A stretch of 63,946 nucleotides of DNA from an uncultured Candidatus Saccharibacteria bacterium. GTDB lineage: Bacteria; Patescibacteriota; WWE3; UBA101185; UBA10185. Positions 51,513 to 61,751 of this stretch are shown one piece after another; positions within the stretch are counted from its first letter, which is position 1, and each line of letters begins with the position of its first letter. The stretch covers positions 1-63,946 of the forward strand of contig CAZEBU010000003.1 of NCBI GenBank assembly GCA_964510435.1, given 5' to 3'. Below the pieces are notes generated by a model. The model ran no database searches. It was given only the letters and a program-made list of their open reading frames with translations, and was not told the DNA's origin. The position numbers were made by a program, and so were the translations under genes.

Positions 51513-51953
51513 GTGAAATTTCTCAACAAGTATTTCCCTATTTTTTACATTTCCTTACTTTTTCTGGGGTATTTTTATGTTAGAGATATTATAGGTCGTG
51601 AGGAATTAAAAGTAGGCGTGATAGATGATCAGAAAGAATCCATTGAAATTAAACCCATAGATGTGACTCTCATGGTTAAAACCAGATCCTCGAGCGTGGA
51701 ATACTTAGCAAACATGAAAAATATTAATACCCTTGATGACTTATTGGAGGATTTGCGGGATGAGGTAGATTTTTTCTTCGAAAAGACAGAATATACTTAT
51801 GGTACGGAATATGACCTTGTTAATCACACTAAAGCACAAGAAGGTTATGCCTGGAAAGTTTATGAGGATGATGAGGATATAACTCAAAATACTAGCGGCC
51901 GTGTATTGAAAGATAAGGCTGTATATATACTCTCTTTGGAAAAAGTCAAATAA
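51513..51953 (+). CDS. hypothetical membrane-anchored protein (GTG start)
   Basis: ORF with an N-terminal TM helix. Confidence 0.4.
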   Translation: MKFLNKYFPIFYISLLFLGYFYVRDIIGREELKVGVIDDQKESIEIKPIDVTLMVKTRSSSVEYLANMKNINTLDDLLEDLRDEVDFFFEKTEYTYGTEYDLVNHTKAQEGYAWKVYEDDEDITQNTSGRVLKDKAVYILSLEKVK

Positions 51954-51965
51954 CCTCTACACTCC

Positions 51966-53150
51966 CTATTCGTACCTTAGAGCTTCAATAGGATCCTTTC
52001 TGCTAGCCTTAATAGCGGGATAGGTTCCAAAAATTACTCCTACTAAAACTGAGAAACCAAAAGCCAGCAGTACAGCCCAAATAGGAACTTCTGTTCTTAC
52101 AAAACTTCTGGCGGCTAAGGCAACTACCCATCCAAAAAACAAACCGATAAGTCCCCCACCCACACTGATCATGACTGATTCCATTAAAAATTGTAGCGCA
52201 ATATCTCTGGAGGTTGCTCCAATAGCCTTCCTCAAACCAATTTCTTTTATTCTTTCTGTCACTGAAACCAACATGATATTCATGATACCTATTCCACCCA
52301 CCAGTAAAGAAATACCGGCAATTGCACCGATACCGGCCGTTAAAATTGAAAGTATTTTTTGGATTGATTCAAGTATGTCTTCCGGGGAAAATATCTGAAA
52401 GTCATCTTCGTCCAAATCTCTTAGGAGAGCCATTTTTACCTGTTTTGTGGCTATTTCTACATCTTCCTGCCTATTTACCTTAACAATCATGCCGGTGAAA
52501 TTTTCAATTTCAAAGTCCTCCATGGCCGTAGTATAAGGAATATAGACGTTATCATCATAATCCTGCCCTTTTTTCTGGGTATAGCCAATGATTTCATAGT
52601 TAAATCCTTCTACATCTATTTTTTTGCCAATGGGATTTGCATTAGGAAAAAGCTCCTCCACCACGTTTGGTCCCAGTAAAACCACTCTGTTTTTATTTTT
52701 TTGTTCTGACTCATTAAAAAATCTACCTTCCTGGACAAACAGGTCAAAAGCCTCTTGAGCTTGATAATTAGGTGCGTAAATAGATGAGTAGAAAGACTTA
52801 GTTTTGTATTTTACCGTTCCCGAAAATCTCACTGAAGGTGAGGCTACGCTTATGTATTCTCCGGCATACCTTTCTATGAGCTCAATATGTCTTTCATCAA
52901 ATTTCAATCTGCCAAACAAAGTTGCAGGATCTTCAGTAAAACCGGCGTTGCTGGGAGCTATAAATAGTACATTCGAGCCAATAGACTCAAATTGATCCTC
53001 AACATAGTTTTGCACGCCTATTCCCATAGAAACCAAACTAACTACAGCAAAAACACCAATTACCACACCTAACATGGTTAGGACAGTTCTTCCTTTGTGA
53101 CGTAATAAAGATCTGTTGGAGGTTTTATAGATCTCTAATAACCTGCTCAT
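51966..53150 (-). CDS. MacB/FtsX-type ABC transporter permease
   Basis: N-terminal TM helix, a periplasmic MacB_PCD-like domain and a C-terminal FtsX domain (RIKEIGLRKAIGA). Confidence 0.85.
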   Translation of the reverse strand: MSRLLEIYKTSNRSLLRHKGRTVLTMLGVVIGVFAVVSLVSMGIGVQNYVEDQFESIGSNVLFIAPSNAGFTEDPATLFGRLKFDERHIELIERYAGEYISVASPSVRFSGTVKYKTKSFYSSIYAPNYQAQEAFDLFVQEGRFFNESEQKNKNRVVLLGPNVVEELFPNANPIGKKIDVEGFNYEIIGYTQKKGQDYDDNVYIPYTTAMEDFEIENFTGMIVKVNRQEDVEIATKQVKMALLRDLDEDDFQIFSPEDILESIQKILSILTAGIGAIAGISLLVGGIGIMNIMLVSVTERIKEIGLRKAIGATSRDIALQFLMESVMISVGGGLIGLFFGWVVALAARSFVRTEVPIWAVLLAFGFSVLVGVIFGTYPAIKASRKDPIEALRYE

Positions 53151-53815
53151 TTAATTATTTTCCCATCCGCTAAATTAATCTTTTTGTCTGCGATCTTTGA
53201 GATATCCTCATCGTGTGTAACTACAACGATCGTTTTTCCTTGTTTGTGAAGCTTTTTTAGTAAATTTTCAATTTCTTGACCGGTTTTTGTATCTAAGTTA
53301 CCCGTAGGTTCATCAGCAAAAATTATAGAGGGATCGTTTACCAAGGCCCTGGCAATAGCCACTCTCTGCAGCTGGCCTCCCGACAGTTCATTAGATTTGT
53401 TGTAAAGTCTATCTCCCAGTTCAACAAGGTTTAATACCTCTGTAGCCTTCTCCTTCCATTTTTTTCTTGGCAAGTCACTATAATGCAAAGGCAGCATGGT
53501 GTTTTCGAGTGAATTAAATCTGGGAAGTAAGTTAAACGACTGAAAAATAAAACCAATCTCTTTGTTTCTGGTTTTAGCCAATAGTTTTTCAGGTAGGCTA
53601 CTTACATCCCTGTCATTTAAATAAACTTTTCCGGAAGTTGGCGTATCTAGTAGTCCTAAAATATGCATAAGAGTAGATTTTCCTGAACCTGATTTACCTA
53701 TAATGGAAAGAAAATCCCCTTGGTTGATGTTCAAACTAACGCCATCCAAGGCGTGAATTTTTGTATCACCTAGTTCGTAAATTTTAAAAATATTTTTAGC
53801 TGAAAGAAGAGGCAT
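53147..53815 (-). CDS. ABC transporter ATP-binding protein (MacB/LolD class)
   Basis: [24 protein letters not shown] and [11 protein letters not shown]. Confidence 0.92.
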   Translation of the reverse strand: MPLLSAKNIFKIYELGDTKIHALDGVSLNINQGDFLSIIGKSGSGKSTLMHILGLLDTPTSGKVYLNDRDVSSLPEKLLAKTRNKEIGFIFQSFNLLPRFNSLENTMLPLHYSDLPRKKWKEKATEVLNLVELGDRLYNKSNELSGGQLQRVAIARALVNDPSIIFADEPTGNLDTKTGQEIENLLKKLHKQGKTIVVVTHDEDISKIADKKINLADGKIIK

Positions 53816-53816
53816 A

Positions 53817-54866
53817 CTACCTAACGATCTTTACTTTTAATCCTTCTTCTAATTTATACTTGGCATTGCTTACTTGTACTACTGGCTTATCGTTTTTGTT
53901 TTTGATCTCTATGTATATATCACCTCGTAAACCTAATTCAAGGTATTCTCTGACTATTTTTCCGTTTTCTTCAACGTAAACAAACGGTTTTTCTTGGATA
54001 TCATAATCAATCTCATCAAAAGTAAGAGCGGAAACTTCAGAATCAGTACGTGATAATATTATAAAAGCATCTCCGGTCATTCCTAAAAGAACTTTGTCTC
54101 TATTTTCACTCTTTAAAATAATTTCTAAGATAAAGTCTCCCCCATTATCAGTTGCAACGTAATCAGGGAGTTTTTTCACCATACCCGTAAATATTTCATT
54201 TTCAAAAGCGTCAAGCGTCACTTCCACTTCCTGACCTTCTTCTATAAAGGCAAAGTCTTCTTGATCCAGTTCAATTTCAAAGATCATCTTATCAGTATCC
54301 GCTATTTTTAATACAGGGGTGCCCGCAGAAACTGTTTCGCCCTCATTTTTATAAATATCGATGATCTTGCCGCTAAAAGGCGCGTAAAGGTACGTTTTAC
54401 CAAAGTTTCCTAACTGAGCTTGGTAAGCAGCCTCGGCCTTACTAAGAAGTTCCTGGTATCTCCTTACTTGAATATTGTATTCGTCAAGTCCTCCGGCACC
54501 GTCAAGATTAGAGGCGTAGTTTTCAATAAACAAATCCAGGTCTCTCTGAGCAACATCTCTAGTATCTTTAAGAGATTGAGTGGTTTCGGATTCCACAAAA
54601 TTCTCCAGCATACTCAAATATTTACCTTGTGCAACATCTTCTCCTTTTTCTACGTTGATATCCGATATTTTTCCCAATAAGGCAAAACTTAGATCAGCGT
54701 CATTTTCCGATGACATCGTTCCAGCCGCACTAACTGTTCTCTTTACTTTTAGATGCTTGATGGGAATTTCTTTTACAGGAATGGCTTTTTCTCTACCAAA
54801 TAGAAAGTATAAAGCTATTAGTACAAAAGTTACGGAGATTACTAAATACCACTTTTTTATCTTCAT
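53817..54866 (-). CDS. HlyD/MacA-family periplasmic adaptor
   Basis: N-terminal anchor, a coiled-coil hairpin and a beta-barrel pattern. It leads the ABC operon. Confidence 0.7.
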   Translation of the reverse strand: MKIKKWYLVISVTFVLIALYFLFGREKAIPVKEIPIKHLKVKRTVSAAGTMSSENDADLSFALLGKISDINVEKGEDVAQGKYLSMLENFVESETTQSLKDTRDVAQRDLDLFIENYASNLDGAGGLDEYNIQVRRYQELLSKAEAAYQAQLGNFGKTYLYAPFSGKIIDIYKNEGETVSAGTPVLKIADTDKMIFEIELDQEDFAFIEEGQEVEVTLDAFENEIFTGMVKKLPDYVATDNGGDFILEIILKSENRDKVLLGMTGDAFIILSRTDSEVSALTFDEIDYDIQEKPFVYVEENGKIVREYLELGLRGDIYIEIKNKNDKPVVQVSNAKYKLEEGLKVKIVR

Positions 54867-54913
54867 GACTGCACAATATTATCATAACTTATGTTGTTTT
54901 ATAAAGTGTGTTG

Positions 54914-54958
54914 AAAATAATAAAAGGGCATGACCACGGTGTTTTGTGAGTCATGCCC
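54914..54958 (-). terminator. rho-independent terminator after 54971-55165
   Basis: Minus strand GGGCATGAC..N15..GTCATGCCC followed by TTTTATTATTTT. Confidence 0.65.
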
Positions 54959-54970
54959 TCTTCGGCACCA

Positions 54971-55165
54971 TTAGTTAGATTCCGACCCCTCCCTTGCCAT
55001 GCGAATTATTTCGCTTAAAAAAACCAGAAAAGGTCCAAACAGCAATAACAGCCCGTTCTTTATCCATTTGCTCCTACCAGCAAAAATACCTAGAAAAAAG
55101 GTGAAAATACCAGCTATGATAAAGACCAAATGAATGAAAACATATCCCACTACGAATGGATCCAT
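54971..55165 (-). CDS. small two-TM membrane protein (64 aa)
   Basis: ORF with a terminator just downstream. Confidence 0.45.
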   Translation of the reverse strand: MDPFVVGYVFIHLVFIIAGIFTFFLGIFAGRSKWIKNGLLLLFGPFLVFLSEIIRMAREGSESN

Positions 55166-55278
55166 GGCAAACTCCTATTGTCGTATTGAAAATGGATTAA
55201 TTGTATTATACTATAGGGCTATTTGACATGCAAATTAAAATTCTTGCCATAACAATAGATACAACCTAAAATAATGGT

Positions 55279-55665
55279 ATGAAGAGATTTTTTAAGGATC
55301 ATCTCCCAAAAAGACACGCTAGGAGTTTTAAATATGCCTTTTCCGGCTTGTTTCATGCGCTAGTTAATGAGCCAAATTTTAGAGTGCAGCTCATCATAAT
55401 AACCTTATTTGTTTTTTTTGGTTTTAAGTACCATATTTCAAATGTAGAGTGGGGTTTACTAGTAGTTTCAACCGGTTTACTGCTTTCTGCGGAGATGGTC
55501 AATACAGTTGTAGAAAACTTCATTGATTCTTTGATAAACGATGACGACGACGGAGCAAAGATCATTAAAGACCTTTCCGCCGGTTTTGTTTTGATAGCAG
55601 CAATAACTACCTTAATCGTTTTTTATCTTATTTTTTGGAAATATTTTATGGGTATTTCTATCTAA
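55279..55665 (+). CDS. dgkA: diacylglycerol/undecaprenol kinase
   Basis: RSFKYAFSGL..EPNFR..SAEMVNTVVENFID. Confidence 0.75.
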   Translation: MKRFFKDHLPKRHARSFKYAFSGLFHALVNEPNFRVQLIIITLFVFFGFKYHISNVEWGLLVVSTGLLLSAEMVNTVVENFIDSLINDDDDGAKIIKDLSAGFVLIAAITTLIVFYLIFWKYFMGISI

Positions 55666-56145
55666 CCAAATTAGAAGAACAAGGAATATTATCCCAAAAA
55701 AATATCCGGCAACGATGTCTTTTAAAGAATGCATTCCTAGAGCTACTCTGGAGGCACCTATGGATATTATTAGATAAATGGCTAACCATCGTAGTACATG
55801 TAAATACAGTTTGGCCTCTTTCGTGTATTTATAAGTGAGATAGATCACAAAACCCCAAAAAGTAGTATAAAAAACCACGTGCGAACTTGGAAATCCGTAC
55901 ACATCTAGAAAGTAAAAGGTATCACCGGCAGTTAATGGCCTTGGCATCCTAAATAACTGTTTTAAATATAATGAGTATAGATAACTCACAGAAGTAAGCA
56001 GGGCTATGAGGGCTGTTTTTAGATGCTTTTGTCTATATAGAAATAAAAAGACGATAGAGAAAGAGAAAAATAGAAATATTAAATTATCTCCAAAAAGACT
56101 GACTGCTTTTAGTTGTTGGCTTATTAAAGAATATAATTCTTGCAT
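55612..56145 (-). CDS. PAP2-family lipid phosphate phosphatase
   Basis: FRMPRP, PSSHV and SRVALGMHSLKD. Convergent 54-nt overlap with dgkA. Confidence 0.75.
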   Translation of the reverse strand: MQELYSLISQQLKAVSLFGDNLIFLFFSFSIVFLFLYRQKHLKTALIALLTSVSYLYSLYLKQLFRMPRPLTAGDTFYFLDVYGFPSSHVVFYTTFWGFVIYLTYKYTKEAKLYLHVLRWLAIYLIISIGASRVALGMHSLKDIVAGYFFGIIFLVLLIWLDRNTHKIFPKNKIKND

Positions 56146-57732
56146 TTAGTACCCTTTTGCTATTATTTCCTCCAAAGTACCGGTTTCCATATAATAAACT
56201 CTTACCAGATCTTTACCGCTTCGGCTGAAGGTAAAGATTGGATGGTATCTCTCCGACCAATAGACAGCTTTTTCTTGTTGTATCTTGTTTGTAAAACTTT
56301 GCGGGTTAATGATGTGAATGAAGTGGCCTGCTTTGTCGGTACTTTTCTCAAAAGGTACAAAAAACCTAGCAATGCTTTTCCTCTCGTTTGTGGAATAAAA
56401 ACCATTACTATCAGAAGACATGATAGCGTCTCTGATACCCTCCCAATTTCTATAATAAGGAAATCCAAACATGCTCAAGTGGTAAATTGGGGTGGGTTGA
56501 GGGAACTCCCATATTAGAAATTTTTCACTTTCCCATGGATATTCTCTCGAATTATCCACAAACACTGCATAAGACTGCAAATAGATAAATGTAAACAAAA
56601 CAAATAGTCCGGTAAATGAAATTACTTCAGGTATGAACATATTACTAAATATTTTTAAAGATTCTTCTACAAATTTGATACCAAAAGCAAGTATTACCGT
56701 CATGGGAAGTAGATAGTTATATATATGCGTACCGGGTATATATACAATTATCTCCAAGAATATAAAAGGAAGTAAAAACCAGAGGAATATAAAAAGCACC
56801 TTGAACCTGCTAAATGTCAGCTTTGGGATAACTTTAACAATATTGTATTTACGTACGAACCTATTAATGACCGATATGCCAAAATAAAAAGAACCTAGCA
56901 AAAACAACGAGACGTAAAAATGTACCACATAGATAGGTTGATAAACAGTGAACAAATACTTTGAGCTTGAGATCTTTGCTGACACATCACCCGATAATCT
57001 ACCACCCCAATACTGAAGAGTATTTTGGCTAATATTAAATACAAAAGGTACATAAAAAAGTGAAAGAAATATACCGTTGGTTAATAGAGTGACTAAAAAA
57101 AATCTGAAGTATGGGTCTCTTTTATTTAATTGCTTAACATTATCCTTAAACCATTTGCCAACAAGGAAAACCGCAAAGGGAAAAATAAAAATTCCGTCAT
57201 AATGAAAAAGCATTGATAAAACCCAAAAGAAAAAACCAAAGAACAGTCCTTTATACCTGTACCCCTCTTCCGTGACAGCTAAAGTAAACATGTATAACGT
57301 TAAAACCATAAACAATATTACAAACGCTTGGTATTGAACAATTCTAGAAAGAGCCAAAAAGAATCCATTGGTGGCAAAGAAAAAAGAGGCATAGAAAGCG
57401 ATCTTATTATCAAAATGCTTCACCAAAAACTTATAGAAAAAATAAACGGCAAGAGCACCTGCCAGTGCAAAGGGTAGTCTAAATAAGAATTCATTGGAAA
57501 AAGTACTATCAAATTGCTGGATAATGGAGGTGATGAAGAATTGTCCAGGGCCTTTCCGTTGATTTAATAAGAATTCAGCTACAGATTGACCGGGAGCTAG
57601 TCTAAGAAATGCTTTTATTTCATCACCTTGGTAGTCAGAATATCCCAGATTTATAAATCTCAATGAAAATGAAATGATGATAATTAAAACCAGTGGCAGA
57701 TTCTTCTTTAGAAGCAAATATAATTTTCTCAT
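56146..57732 (-). CDS. GT39/ArnT-like polyprenyl-phosphate-dependent glycosyltransferase
   Basis: Polytopic membrane protein with LRFINLGYSDYQGDE in the first loop. Confidence 0.55.
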   Translation of the reverse strand: MRKLYLLLKKNLPLVLIIIISFSLRFINLGYSDYQGDEIKAFLRLAPGQSVAEFLLNQRKGPGQFFITSIIQQFDSTFSNEFLFRLPFALAGALAVYFFYKFLVKHFDNKIAFYASFFFATNGFFLALSRIVQYQAFVILFMVLTLYMFTLAVTEEGYRYKGLFFGFFFWVLSMLFHYDGIFIFPFAVFLVGKWFKDNVKQLNKRDPYFRFFLVTLLTNGIFLSLFYVPFVFNISQNTLQYWGGRLSGDVSAKISSSKYLFTVYQPIYVVHFYVSLFLLGSFYFGISVINRFVRKYNIVKVIPKLTFSRFKVLFIFLWFLLPFIFLEIIVYIPGTHIYNYLLPMTVILAFGIKFVEESLKIFSNMFIPEVISFTGLFVLFTFIYLQSYAVFVDNSREYPWESEKFLIWEFPQPTPIYHLSMFGFPYYRNWEGIRDAIMSSDSNGFYSTNERKSIARFFVPFEKSTDKAGHFIHIINPQSFTNKIQQEKAVYWSERYHPIFTFSRSGKDLVRVYYMETGTLEEIIAKGY

Positions 57733-57737
57733 AATTA

Positions 57738-59786
57738 CTACTTTATATAATATACATTTAATTCATTCATAGCTCTAGTAACAGCAATGAAGGCTTTTTT
57801 AGCTTCAATGATATTGTCAATGTGATCAATGTTTAAATTAAAAACATAGAGCTGGGAAAACTCTAATCCTTTGCAATCTTCGAAGTCAGCAAAATATATG
57901 CCTTTAGATGTGTAGTTAATGTTTGTATTTTTTTCAAGAACTATTACTCTATCTTTACTGGTATTAAGACCCCAAACAATTTTTAGTACTGAGCTGAGTG
58001 TTTGTTTATCGAAAGCAATAATCCCTACAGTTTTATCCGTTTTTTTAAGGTCGCTTATTATTTTTTTTCTAAAACTCTTTAACATCTCTTTCTGGTTAGT
58101 AAAACCATTAATTTGAGGTTCTTTTCCTACCCTATTTATAGATTTAGGAAGATATTTTTTTGTATAAGGTTTTAGTATACTGCGCGCCATGGTTATAATA
58201 GGCCTTGTACTTCGGTAGTTTGTTTCCAACCTAAAAACACGGGCTTTTTTAGCTTCTTTAATGACCAAAGATATATCTTCCCAGCTGGTAATACCTTCGT
58301 CCGAGTAACCCTGGTTTAAATCTCCTAAGATGCAAAACCTCTCCCTTAAGACAAGTTTTTGAAGAACAAGGTATTCTAATAAGCTGAAATCCTGGCCTTC
58401 ATCCACGATGCAATATTCGTATTTTTTAAATTTGTTTAAGCCGACGATCTCCAAGTAGACATAGACGTAAATTAGGGATTCCAAATAGCCCAATTTCTCA
58501 TTTGTACTTATCCTCAAGTCTTTAAGAAGTCTTTTTAGTACCTTTTGTTTGATCTCAAGACGGTATTTTTTTATTTTAGTAATTAATTTTTTAAGTATCT
58601 TTACATTCTCTTTATGAAAAACCGCTTTTATCGACTTAGGATTTTCTTCTACGGAGTCTTTTTGTCTGGAAAGCTCTTCTTCCAGCTCACTTATTAATTC
58701 TGAAAGGTTTTCAAAGGGGGTTTCATTTTTACTGTATTTAAAACCGCCAAATGATTCATAATCTTCCAGTGAAAAGAGTTCGCTTATCTTTTGGTCATAC
58801 GTTTTGTGAACATGCTCTATTTTTTGATATATTTTCCGAATATTTTCAATTTTAAAATGTGCTGTTTTTACACTTTTATCTAAGTCTACTTCTATCTTTA
58901 GTTTCTCTCTAAAAATTAAATTAACTATTAGTTCACGTATTGTCTTGTAATTGATGTCGAAAATACCCAATTTTGGGAACAGGGTAGATAGGTAACTGAC
59001 TAAAATTTGATTTTTGGCAATTAATAAAGACCTTTGAGGAGTGATCAATTTAGCGTAATTAAAAAATATATGAGAAAGTTTATGAATAGCTACGGTGCTT
59101 TTGCCACTACCTACACATCCTTGTACTATGCAGATCTGCCTAGGGTCGGCCTCTATAATGTCCAGCTGCGATTCTTGAATTGTCGCTATTATGTCCTCTA
59201 AGACACCTCCGGTCCTTTTCTCTATTTTTTCTTTGATTATCGCCGACTCATCCAACTGAAGATCATTATTGTAATATTTTAGAAGCTTTCCTTCTTCTAC
59301 GTCAAAGGTTCTTTTTAGCCTTAAATCTCTTACTTTTATACCTTCGGGTGTGTCATATTTCACATTTTTTTGCGGGTATCTGTAGCGATAATAAACCGAA
59401 GCTATTTTAGCTCTCCAGTCCGTAATGATAGGTTTTTCTTCTGTATATCCAAACTTTCCTATATAAAGATTAGAGAGACTGCCCTTTTCATTATCAAAAA
59501 GGTCTATGCGGGCAAAATAGGGCTCTTTTTCCAAAAAGCTTAATTCCTCTATCTGTTGGTACTTGTCTTTGATATTAAAAGTGAGATTTTCCTGATGCAG
59601 CTGCTCTAAAAATAAAAAGAAATCCGTACCGCTGGTTTCCGGATTCTCTCTCAACTCTTTTAATCTATTTAGGTTTCCTTGACCCAGAACTTTTAGCCTT
59701 TCCGTTAAAAAATCTTTGGCACGTACTACTCTTTTTACACTGTCTTGTAATTTTAATTTTTCTTGTTTTAATATTTTATTTTGCAT
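57738..59786 (-). CDS. HelD/helicase IV-like UvrD-family ATPase
   Basis: EPYFARIDL N-terminal signature, GCVGSGKST, CIVDEGQDFS, NYRSTRPI and AVTRAMNEL. Confidence 0.65.
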   Translation of the reverse strand: MQNKILKQEKLKLQDSVKRVVRAKDFLTERLKVLGQGNLNRLKELRENPETSGTDFFLFLEQLHQENLTFNIKDKYQQIEELSFLEKEPYFARIDLFDNEKGSLSNLYIGKFGYTEEKPIITDWRAKIASVYYRYRYPQKNVKYDTPEGIKVRDLRLKRTFDVEEGKLLKYYNNDLQLDESAIIKEKIEKRTGGVLEDIIATIQESQLDIIEADPRQICIVQGCVGSGKSTVAIHKLSHIFFNYAKLITPQRSLLIAKNQILVSYLSTLFPKLGIFDINYKTIRELIVNLIFREKLKIEVDLDKSVKTAHFKIENIRKIYQKIEHVHKTYDQKISELFSLEDYESFGGFKYSKNETPFENLSELISELEEELSRQKDSVEENPKSIKAVFHKENVKILKKLITKIKKYRLEIKQKVLKRLLKDLRISTNEKLGYLESLIYVYVYLEIVGLNKFKKYEYCIVDEGQDFSLLEYLVLQKLVLRERFCILGDLNQGYSDEGITSWEDISLVIKEAKKARVFRLETNYRSTRPIITMARSILKPYTKKYLPKSINRVGKEPQINGFTNQKEMLKSFRKKIISDLKKTDKTVGIIAFDKQTLSSVLKIVWGLNTSKDRVIVLEKNTNINYTSKGIYFADFEDCKGLEFSQLYVFNLNIDHIDNIIEAKKAFIAVTRAMNELNVYYIK

Positions 59787-60474
59787 TGTATTTAAATTCT
59801 TCCTTGGCTACCACAACAACATACTCACCTTTTTCTTTGATTTCAGAATTTAAAATCACTGATACTTTGTCTGTGAGAATGTTTTCGAATTTTTTTGTCA
59901 TATCTTTTGCAAGACAAATATATCTATCACCTAGTGTTTCATGTATTTCACTAATTAGTTTTTTTATTCTATGGCTGGATTCATAAATAACCATACTCGC
60001 AGGTAATACACCATATTTTTGTAATAGTTTCTTTCTTTTTAACTTGCCTTTAGGTAAAAATCCTAAAAAAACAAAGTTATCTGTGGGTAGTCCGCTAATA
60101 GAAAGTGCAGTTATCGCGGCGTTTGGACCAGGAAGAGCTTGAACCATAAAACCTTTCCTTTTTAAAACCGAAACTAACCTAAATCCCGGGTCGGATATTA
60201 ATGGCGTGCCGCTATTGGATATAAGGGCAATGTTTTTACCTATTCTTAGATCGTTTTCTATCTTGTTTGCTAACTTGTTGTGTTTCTGATCCGTATAGGG
60301 AATAGTAGCTTTTTTTATCTTATATTCTCTGAGAACTTTATCAGCTTCTCTGGTATCTTCCGCCAGTAAATAATCAACTTCCTCCATTACCTCAAGAGCC
60401 CTAATAGTTATATCTTTGAGATTTCCAATAGGGCTTGCTAAAACATATAATTTTCCCCATTTTGAGCCATTCAT
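59776..60474 (-). CDS. rsmI: 16S rRNA (cytidine1402-2'-O)-methyltransferase
   Basis: GKLYVLASPIGNLKDITIRALEVMEEVDYLLAEDTR. Confidence 0.85.
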   Translation of the reverse strand: MNGSKWGKLYVLASPIGNLKDITIRALEVMEEVDYLLAEDTREADKVLREYKIKKATIPYTDQKHNKLANKIENDLRIGKNIALISNSGTPLISDPGFRLVSVLKRKGFMVQALPGPNAAITALSISGLPTDNFVFLGFLPKGKLKRKKLLQKYGVLPASMVIYESSHRIKKLISEIHETLGDRYICLAKDMTKKFENILTDKVSVILNSEIKEKGEYVVVVAKEEFKYNAK

Positions 60475-60517
60475 AAAGGCTATTTTACCATTGTTGAGGG
60501 GAAAACTATATTATAGG

Positions 60518-61279
60518 TTATAATTTAATTATTTCTAGTGCGTTAACAACAGTATCGAGCGGTACAGCGCCTTGCAACGCTACCGCATCACCGGTCTCTA
60601 GATTTAGTAAGAAATTACCTGGGGTACCCTGCACGCCGGCAGTTTGTGCTGATTTTATATCTGCATTAACTCTGTCTATAGCCTGTCTATTGTTGAGACA
60701 ATTAGAAAATGTTGAGGCATTGACCCCTACCTGAGCAGCCTTATCTGCTAAGTAAGAGGATAGGTCATCAGCGCCGGTAAATTGCTGGCTTTGTTCAGCA
60801 AACAAAATATCTGCGTAGTCCCAGAAAGCTTCATCGCCGCCTTGCACAGCTACACATTCACTAGCAATAGCTTTGGTTTCAGCATTAGGGTGCAATGCAC
60901 TCAGCGGAAAGTGTCTGTAAACCCACATAGCCTCGCTGCCTACCTCTTCCAAGAATTGCTGACCGGTAGTGTGGAATGTACTGCAGAAAGTACAATCAAA
61001 ATCGGAATACTCAACTAAGGCATACTTGGCTTCGGAATTACCTAAGATATGATCTGCCTCTGTAATATTAGCCACGTCGGGGTTACCTATGGGTGCACTA
61101 GGCACGTTGGGTGCGTTAGGGTTAGTAGGTTGTCCGGCGGTTCTGCTGCCAGCCTGTTTGCTTAGAGTATCTTGATAAAATTTAACTTTAGCGGAAAGTG
61201 AGCCTATATAGTACGCCCCGGTTAGCAGTCCAAGTACAACTAAGATCTTTAAAAAATGGGGTTTTAATTTACCAAACAT
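60518..61279 (-). CDS. DsbA-family thiol:disulfide oxidoreductase, membrane anchored
   Basis: YSDFDCTFCSTFH (CxxC) and an N-terminal TM helix. Confidence 0.65.
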   Translation of the reverse strand: MFGKLKPHFLKILVVLGLLTGAYYIGSLSAKVKFYQDTLSKQAGSRTAGQPTNPNAPNVPSAPIGNPDVANITEADHILGNSEAKYALVEYSDFDCTFCSTFHTTGQQFLEEVGSEAMWVYRHFPLSALHPNAETKAIASECVAVQGGDEAFWDYADILFAEQSQQFTGADDLSSYLADKAAQVGVNASTFSNCLNNRQAIDRVNADIKSAQTAGVQGTPGNFLLNLETGDAVALQGAVPLDTVVNALEIIKL

Positions 61280-61319
61280 GTCTAATATTTAACCTCTTAC
61301 ACCAACTTGTGTCAATGTA

Positions 61320-61493
61320 TTACTTAGAAACAAACTCCTTTAAGTTAATTTTTGTTGAAAATCCAAGTTCCTTTTCTGCCTTTTTAATACTGTAGATATC
61401 AAATAATGTGATTAGAACTGCAACTATTACAATAAGGTAGAAAGTAAGACTAAATTTTCTTTTTTTAGGTCGTTCTTGCGAAATCAATTCCAT
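61320..61493 (-). CDS. small single-TM protein (57 aa) downstream of rpmG
   Basis: MELISQERPKKRKFSLTFYLIVIVAVLITLF.. was read manually. It occupies the position SecE often holds but lacks the SecE signature. Below the ORF-track cutoff. Confidence 0.35.
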   Translation of the reverse strand: MELISQERPKKRKFSLTFYLIVIVAVLITLFDIYSIKKAEKELGFSTKINLKEFVSK

Positions 61494-61497
61494 AAAA

Positions 61498-61677
61498 CTA
61501 CTTTAGTTTGGAGACCTCTTTGTGAATGGTATGCCTTTTTAACTTTGGGTTATACTTTTTTAATTCCAGCTTGTCGGGAGTATTTACCCTGTTTTTTTGT
61601 GTTACATACATTCTCATACCGGTTTCGGTACATTGCAAACCAATCAGTACTCTATTGCTCTTTTTCTTTTTAGCCAT
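61498..61677 (-). CDS. rpmG: 50S ribosomal protein L33
   Basis: MAKKKKSNRVLIGLQCTETGMRMYVTQKN..KLELKKYNPKLKRHTIHKE. The start was trimmed. Confidence 0.9.
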   Translation of the reverse strand: MAKKKKSNRVLIGLQCTETGMRMYVTQKNRVNTPDKLELKKYNPKLKRHTIHKEVSKLK

Positions 61678-61751
61678 AACAGAGAAAATATAATACAAAT
61701 GCTTGATGTTTTCAAGTAAAATGGTTATGTTTATCAGTTTTTTAAAATAAT